From positions 1 to 64,000 of the forward strand of contig JBGFSC010000004.1 in NCBI GenBank assembly GCA_041694815.1: a DNA stretch of 64,000 bases. Reading direction: 5' to 3'. The translations under genes were made by a program, and so were the position numbers. Below are positions 59,331 to 64,000 of the stretch, one piece after another (positions within the stretch are counted from its first letter, which is position 1; each line of letters opens with the position of its first letter). Under the pieces are notes generated by a model, which saw nothing but the letters and a program-made list of their open reading frames with translations, did no database searches and had not been told where the DNA came from. Source of the DNA: Elusimicrobiota bacterium. GTDB lineage: Bacteria; Elusimicrobiota; Elusimicrobia; UBA1565; JACRDR01.

Positions 59331-60046
59331 ACCGTTCCGCTTACCGGTGGGCCAAATGGGTCTTCGGGGCCGCCGGCCTTCCTCTGGCCGCTGGCGCCGT
59401 GGCGGCCGCGGCCCTGTCGCTGCTGCAGCTGGCCAGCCGACCTCGCGAGACGGTTTTTTTCCTCGGAGGTTTCCTGGCGTATCCGCTCTGGCGCCTGGCC
59501 TCCGCGGTGCGGCAGGGCCGGCTCTACGTTCTCGGCCACGAGCTCGCCCATGCCATGGCCGCCTGGGCGAGCGGCTATCGCGTCCATCGCATTTCCGTGG
59601 GGCGCCGCGGCGGGCATGTGGATTTATCCGGCAGCAACGCCGCCGTCGCCCTGGCTCCCTACGTGCTGCCGACCTACACCCTGATGGCGGTCGTCGCCTA
59701 CCGGCTTTGGCTGCTGCGCTTCGAGGCCGCCCCCTGGTCGGAGGCAACGTTTCTTTCCCTCGCCGGGCTTTCGCTGTCCTTCCACCTGGTCGCGACCGCC
59801 GAGATACTGCTGGGGCGCCGGCAGTCCGACCTGGCGGCGGCGGGGGGAGTTCTCTTCTCGCTGACGGCCATCGGCCTTTGCAACGGCGTTTTCGTGGTGC
59901 TGCTGCTTAAATGCCTGTTCCCCGGGGCCGTGTCGGTGGCCGCGGCGCATCGGACGGCGTTCGGCTTCGCCGAGGCTTGCCTTGGGGCGCTGGAGTGGTC
60001 AGTCGAGGGCGTCCGAGCCCTGTGGGTTTTTTTTAAAGTAAAATGA
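59327..60046 (+). CDS. M50-like membrane metallopeptidase
   Basis: YVLGHELAHA, GGHV, ALAPY, QSDL; TTG start overlapping the upstream stop. Confidence 0.75.
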   Translation: MNRSAYRWAKWVFGAAGLPLAAGAVAAAALSLLQLASRPRETVFFLGGFLAYPLWRLASAVRQGRLYVLGHELAHAMAAWASGYRVHRISVGRRGGHVDLSGSNAAVALAPYVLPTYTLMAVVAYRLWLLRFEAAPWSEATFLSLAGLSLSFHLVATAEILLGRRQSDLAAAGGVLFSLTAIGLCNGVFVVLLLKCLFPGAVSVAAAHRTAFGFAEACLGALEWSVEGVRALWVFFKVK

Positions 60047-60050
60047 AGGC

Positions 60051-62306
60051 GTGGCGGCCTTCAAATACACGAAAAAAACCTTGTCTCGCGTCTTCAGGGC
60101 GCTGAAAATACTGCTTCGGGCGGCGGCATTTTTACTGCTTTTGGCCGTCTTTCTGGTCGGCTCGGCGGTCCTGGCTTTGCGCTTTTTGGTTACACCGGAG
60201 CACGTGCGCGCGTTCGTGTCGACCGAGTTGCAGGAGATACTCCATCGCCCCGTCCAGATCGGCAGCATTGACTTATTGGTTTTCCAAGGATTGCGCGTGC
60301 GCGGCCTGCGCGTATTGGAGTCGCCCGATTTTCCGGGCCAGGAGTTCATCACTAGCGAGGTGCTTCTCGCCAAATACCAATGGAGGGCGCTGCTCAACGG
60401 CCGCCTCGACTTCACCGAATTGCGCCTGGTAGCGCCGCGAATCCGCCTGCTACGCCGCGAGGACGGGCGATGGAATATCGAGGATATTTTTTCGGAGAAG
60501 GCCAGTGGCGGCGCTATGCCCCGGGTGCCCTTAAGCGCCCTCCCGGTTTCGCTGGTGGCCGACATGCTTTCCGTCGACCACGGCGACGTTGAGATCGACG
60601 ACCGCAAGGAGGGGCAGCGCCGCCTCATCCGGGATTTCAACCTGGAGGTCCGTCGTTTCAACACTAAAGGACCCTTCGCGGCGAAATTTTCCTTCCAAAC
60701 CTCCGGATCGCTCGGTGGGAAACCGATCCGTTTGGCGGCGGCGGCCACCGGCAGCCTTTCGCTGGCCGGCTTCAGGTGGGCGGAGGCCTTTTTCCAGGCT
60801 GAGAAAATACGCGCCGTCGTCGATGGCGAGAGGCTTTCGGGCTCGGGCAGCCTCAAGAACTTCACGGCCCCCCAAGTCGACTTGAGGGTGGAACTGCCCC
60901 GGATCGACTCGGCCACCCTCTCGCGTTACCGTTCAGTGCCTTCGGGAATCGCGATCCCGGCGTCGCAGCTGCGGCTGAAGGCGCGCATGCCGGCGCCGGG
61001 AGATTTCCGGGTCGACCTGCTTGAATGGTGGGCCGATCCGTTGAGGTTGAGAGCCAAGCTCGCTTATTATCCCGTCAAGAACGGTCGGGCCTTCGAGCTC
61101 TCGGCCGGCGCGCCCGCCTTGTCGCTGCAGAGGATCTCGCAGCTATGGACAGGGCTGGAGCGCTACCGTCTCGCCGGCAGCGCCGACGCGAACGTCATCC
61201 TTTATGGAGTACCGCAAGACCCCAATTCCCCCATCGGCATCAAGAAACTGATGATTCAAGCCCGAGGATTGAGCCTTTCCTTGCCGAAAGACAGGCGCTT
61301 CTCGGCGGCCAATATCCGCTTCACCGCGCAGAGGCGCTTCGCGGAGACCAGCCTGCAGGCCAGCGGCGCGGCCGTGAACGCTTACGGCAGCCGCTTTGCC
61401 GATATCAATGCCGGAGTGACATCCCGGCAGGAGAAAGTCGAGGTCGAACGCCTGGATTTCTCCTGGAATGGATCACACGTGAAGCTCAAAGGCAAGCTGG
61501 AGGGGCTGGCCTCTCCCAAGTCCGTCTACGTGGAAGGGTCGGTAGATAGGCTCGCCTTGAAGGAGGCCATCCGCGCGGTCTCGGGTATCGTCGAAGAGTT
61601 GCGTGGCGCGCCGGGAGCATCCCCCGCTCCAGCTCCCGCCGGGCCCAGGAAATGGTCGCAGGTTTTGAAGTACTCTATCCCCAAGACATTCCCGGCGATC
61701 TCGGGCCGCCTTCGGATCTCCGATCTCGTCTATCCCAATTTCAATACTTTCAATTTGGAACTCTCCTGGCAGCTCACGGGCATTTCGACGGGCTTGCGCA
61801 AGGCCAGCGGCAGCGTCCGGACGGCGTTCGGGCCGGGCCGAGTCAGCAATATCCCGGAGTTGCAGAACGAGGGGAAGGTGCTGCGCGTCCTCTTCCTCCC
61901 TTTCGTGTTCATGCACCGTTTGAACAACTCCGTCGTCTTCAGCCTGCAGACGGCCTACCCCAAGACCCTGGATTTCACGAGGCTTTATGGGGAATACGGC
62001 CTGCGGCAGGGGGTCGTCGACGTCCGGATGTTTTACGTCGACAGCCCGCAGCTGCTGGCGTTCGCCGACGGGAAGGTGGACTTCCCCCGTGAGAAGGTGG
62101 ATATGCACGTTCTGACCCGGCTGACCTCCTCAAGGGGCCCTCTGCCCGAGGCGCTTTCCGACGAAAAGGGCCGGCCCTCGATCGGCTTCTTCGTGCGGCA
62201 GGACTTAAATAAGCCGACGGTGGAGGTGCAGTTCCGGAAAATGGGCGCCAACGCCATCGAGGACGCCCTGCAGCAGGCGCTTCGACGGACGGGGAAGTCT
62301 TTTTGA
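60051..62306 (+). CDS. AsmA family protein
   Basis: N-terminal TM, RPVQIGSIDL, PRIRLLRREDGRWNI, beta-rich body. Confidence 0.8.
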   Translation: MAAFKYTKKTLSRVFRALKILLRAAAFLLLLAVFLVGSAVLALRFLVTPEHVRAFVSTELQEILHRPVQIGSIDLLVFQGLRVRGLRVLESPDFPGQEFITSEVLLAKYQWRALLNGRLDFTELRLVAPRIRLLRREDGRWNIEDIFSEKASGGAMPRVPLSALPVSLVADMLSVDHGDVEIDDRKEGQRRLIRDFNLEVRRFNTKGPFAAKFSFQTSGSLGGKPIRLAAAATGSLSLAGFRWAEAFFQAEKIRAVVDGERLSGSGSLKNFTAPQVDLRVELPRIDSATLSRYRSVPSGIAIPASQLRLKARMPAPGDFRVDLLEWWADPLRLRAKLAYYPVKNGRAFELSAGAPALSLQRISQLWTGLERYRLAGSADANVILYGVPQDPNSPIGIKKLMIQARGLSLSLPKDRRFSAANIRFTAQRRFAETSLQASGAAVNAYGSRFADINAGVTSRQEKVEVERLDFSWNGSHVKLKGKLEGLASPKSVYVEGSVDRLALKEAIRAVSGIVEELRGAPGASPAPAPAGPRKWSQVLKYSIPKTFPAISGRLRISDLVYPNFNTFNLELSWQLTGISTGLRKASGSVRTAFGPGRVSNIPELQNEGKVLRVLFLPFVFMHRLNNSVVFSLQTAYPKTLDFTRLYGEYGLRQGVVDVRMFYVDSPQLLAFADGKVDFPREKVDMHVLTRLTSSRGPLPEALSDEKGRPSIGFFVRQDLNKPTVEVQFRKMGANAIEDALQQALRRTGKSF

Positions 62307-62329
62307 GCCTCTAGGCGGGAGACGAGACA

Positions 62330-62917
62330 ATGAAACGGATGGAGAAATCCGACGTGATCAGCATGCTACAGGAGCACGGGGCCCTCATCAACGGTCACTT
62401 CGAGCTGAGGAGCGGCCTGCATAGCCCCACCTATATCGAAGTGGCGGTGGTGCTCCAATACCCCTACATGGCCCAGCGGTTGGCGCGCGGCCTGGCCGCG
62501 AAATTTCCCCAAGAGGTCGACGTGGTCGTGTCGCCGGCCATGGGGGGCGTCGTCATAGGCCAGGAGGTGGCGCGCGCCAAGAAATGCCGCGCGATTTTCG
62601 CGGAGCGCTCGGGGGCCTCCATGGGATTTAGGCGTGATTTTAAACTGTCTAGGGGCGAGCGGGTCCTGGTAGTCGAGGACGTATTGACCACGGGACACTC
62701 CACCGGCCAGGTCGTCAGCCTCGCCGCGGTCTATGGGGCGAAGGTTATCGGGGTCTGCGCCATTATCGATCGCTCGATGAACGCCCTCCCGCTGCGGGTT
62801 CCCGTCCGCGCCTTGGCCTCCTATCCTGTCGAGGTGTTCCCACCGGAATCCTGCCCCCAGTGCGCGGCGGCCGTCCCGTTGACCCGTCCTTCCAGAGGAG
62901 GCTCGGAATCGGACTGA
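62330..62917 (+). CDS. pyrE: Orotate phosphoribosyltransferase
   Basis: GHFELRSGLHSPTY, PRPP motif VVEDVLTTGHS. Confidence 0.93.
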   Translation: MKRMEKSDVISMLQEHGALINGHFELRSGLHSPTYIEVAVVLQYPYMAQRLARGLAAKFPQEVDVVVSPAMGGVVIGQEVARAKKCRAIFAERSGASMGFRRDFKLSRGERVLVVEDVLTTGHSTGQVVSLAAVYGAKVIGVCAIIDRSMNALPLRVPVRALASYPVEVFPPESCPQCAAAVPLTRPSRGGSESD

Positions 62918-64000
62918 ATTCGCGCCGCGTTTGGGTCCTTTTCGCCTGCCAAGCCCTGATCGCTGGGGGCATGGCGCTGTCGTTCCCTTTTTTGGCGATC
63001 TACCTGCACCGGCAGCGCGGCATCCCGATGAGCTGGGTCGGCGGGGCTTTGGCGGCCAGCGTGGTGGTGACCTCCTTTAGCCACGGCCTCGGCGGGGAAT
63101 TGTCGGACTTGATCGGCCGCAAGCGGGTGCTTCTGCTCTCGATGGCCCTACGCTCCTTGAGCGTGCTGGCAATGGCGGCCGCGGTATGGGGCGAGGCATC
63201 GTTTCCCGCCTTGACGGCCATCCATGTGCTCTCGAACTTTGTCGGCAATTTCTTCGATCCCGCCGCCCGCGGATGGATTGCGGACCACTGCGGGCCGAAC
63301 GAGCGCTCGAGGGCCTATGGCCTGCTGCGCATCGCGGTTAATCTGGGCTGGGCCGCGGGGCCGGCGCTGGGCGGCGCGCTGGCCGCGAGCTCCTACCCCT
63401 TGATGTTCGCGCTCTCGGCCCTGGCGTGCGCGGCCTGCGCCGTGCTCGTTGCCCTCTATCTTGAGGATCGCCCGGGCGCGCGGCGCCAAGGCGATTTCAA
63501 TTTCGGCGCCCTCTGGCGCGTCGCCGAGGATCGGCGCTTCATGCGCCTATGCTTTTTCGACGTGCTAATCGCGCTCGTGATGGCGCAGCTGGTGGTGTCG
63601 ATGTCGGTGCACGCTACCACCTTCGCCGGCTTGAGCGAGGCGCAGGTGGGGATCCTGTTTTCGATCAACGGCCTTATCGTCGTGCTGCTGCAGTACCCGG
63701 TCGGGCGGCTTTGCGAGCGCTGGAAGATCAGCTCCGCCTTGGCGGCGGGCAGCCTGCTCTACGCCGGCGGCTACGGGGGCGTGGGCTTTTCCAAAAGCAT
63801 GGCGACGCTCTCCGGGGCAATCGTGGTCGTGACCCTAGGCGAGATCGTGATGTCCCCCGGGCTTCAGGCGCTGGCCGCCAACATGGCGCCTCACGGCCTC
63901 AAGGGGCGCTACCTTGGAGCTCTCGGTTTTTCCCATCAGTTCGGGACGGCGCTGGGCCCTTTGATCGGCGGACTGGGCTTGGAGCACTTAAGCCCCGCTT
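62914..64000 (+). CDS. MFS transporter (truncated by the window edge)
   Basis: PFLAIYL, motif A GGELSDLIGRKRVL, NLGWAAGPALGG; start uncertain (CTG 62914, GTG 62860 or ATG 62971). Confidence 0.88.
   Translation, partial: MNSRRVWVLFACQALIAGGMALSFPFLAIYLHRQRGIPMSWVGGALAASVVVTSFSHGLGGELSDLIGRKRVLLLSMALRSLSVLAMAAAVWGEASFPALTAIHVLSNFVGNFFDPAARGWIADHCGPNERSRAYGLLRIAVNLGWAAGPALGGALAASSYPLMFALSALACAACAVLVALYLEDRPGARRQGDFNFGALWRVAEDRRFMRLCFFDVLIALVMAQLVVSMSVHATTFAGLSEAQVGILFSINGLIVVLLQYPVGRLCERWKISSALAAGSLLYAGGYGGVGFSKSMATLSGAIVVVTLGEIVMSPGLQALAANMAPHGLKGRYLGALGFSHQFGTALGPLIGGLGLEHLSPA

Overview
High-GC bacterial chromosome segment. Gene style (PorV/PorP-like barrel-LysM fusion, many orphan secreted proteins, sdhCAB type) suggests a free-living Elusimicrobiota genome, but this is inference only. 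The backbone carries tRNA-Gln(CTG), tRNA-Pro(TGG), nth, gcvTHP, sdhCAB, pyrE, an MsbA-like ABC exporter, an amidase, peptidases, a ferredoxin and stand-alone receivers. Four things stand out. (1) An ~8.7 kb integrase-less island (~6844-15533) at the 3' end of tRNA-Gln appears to be a tandem array of three units separated by palindromic attP-like sites centred on CTGCC. It carries ORF6N pseudogenes, secreted hydrolases, an MT-A70/BglII-like R-M pair and an OLD-nuclease plus Holliday-junction-resolvase-like gene pair. (2) An operon (44756-48213) encodes three paralogous proteins with two signal peptides (a Sec signal, a conserved EEQAVASRPxFEG leader, then an internal lipoprotein signal), preceded by a glycine-zipper membrane protein. 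(3) A shared promoter architecture (up to three 14-bp DosR/NarL-like boxes about 23-25 bp apart, the nearest 23-24 bp from the -10 hexamer) lies in front of five orphan secreted-protein genes. (4) Apparently leaderless genes are widespread. An IS21-like terminus, a 164-bp MITE, a Phd/RelE toxin-antitoxin pair and two unannotated small ORFs are also present.
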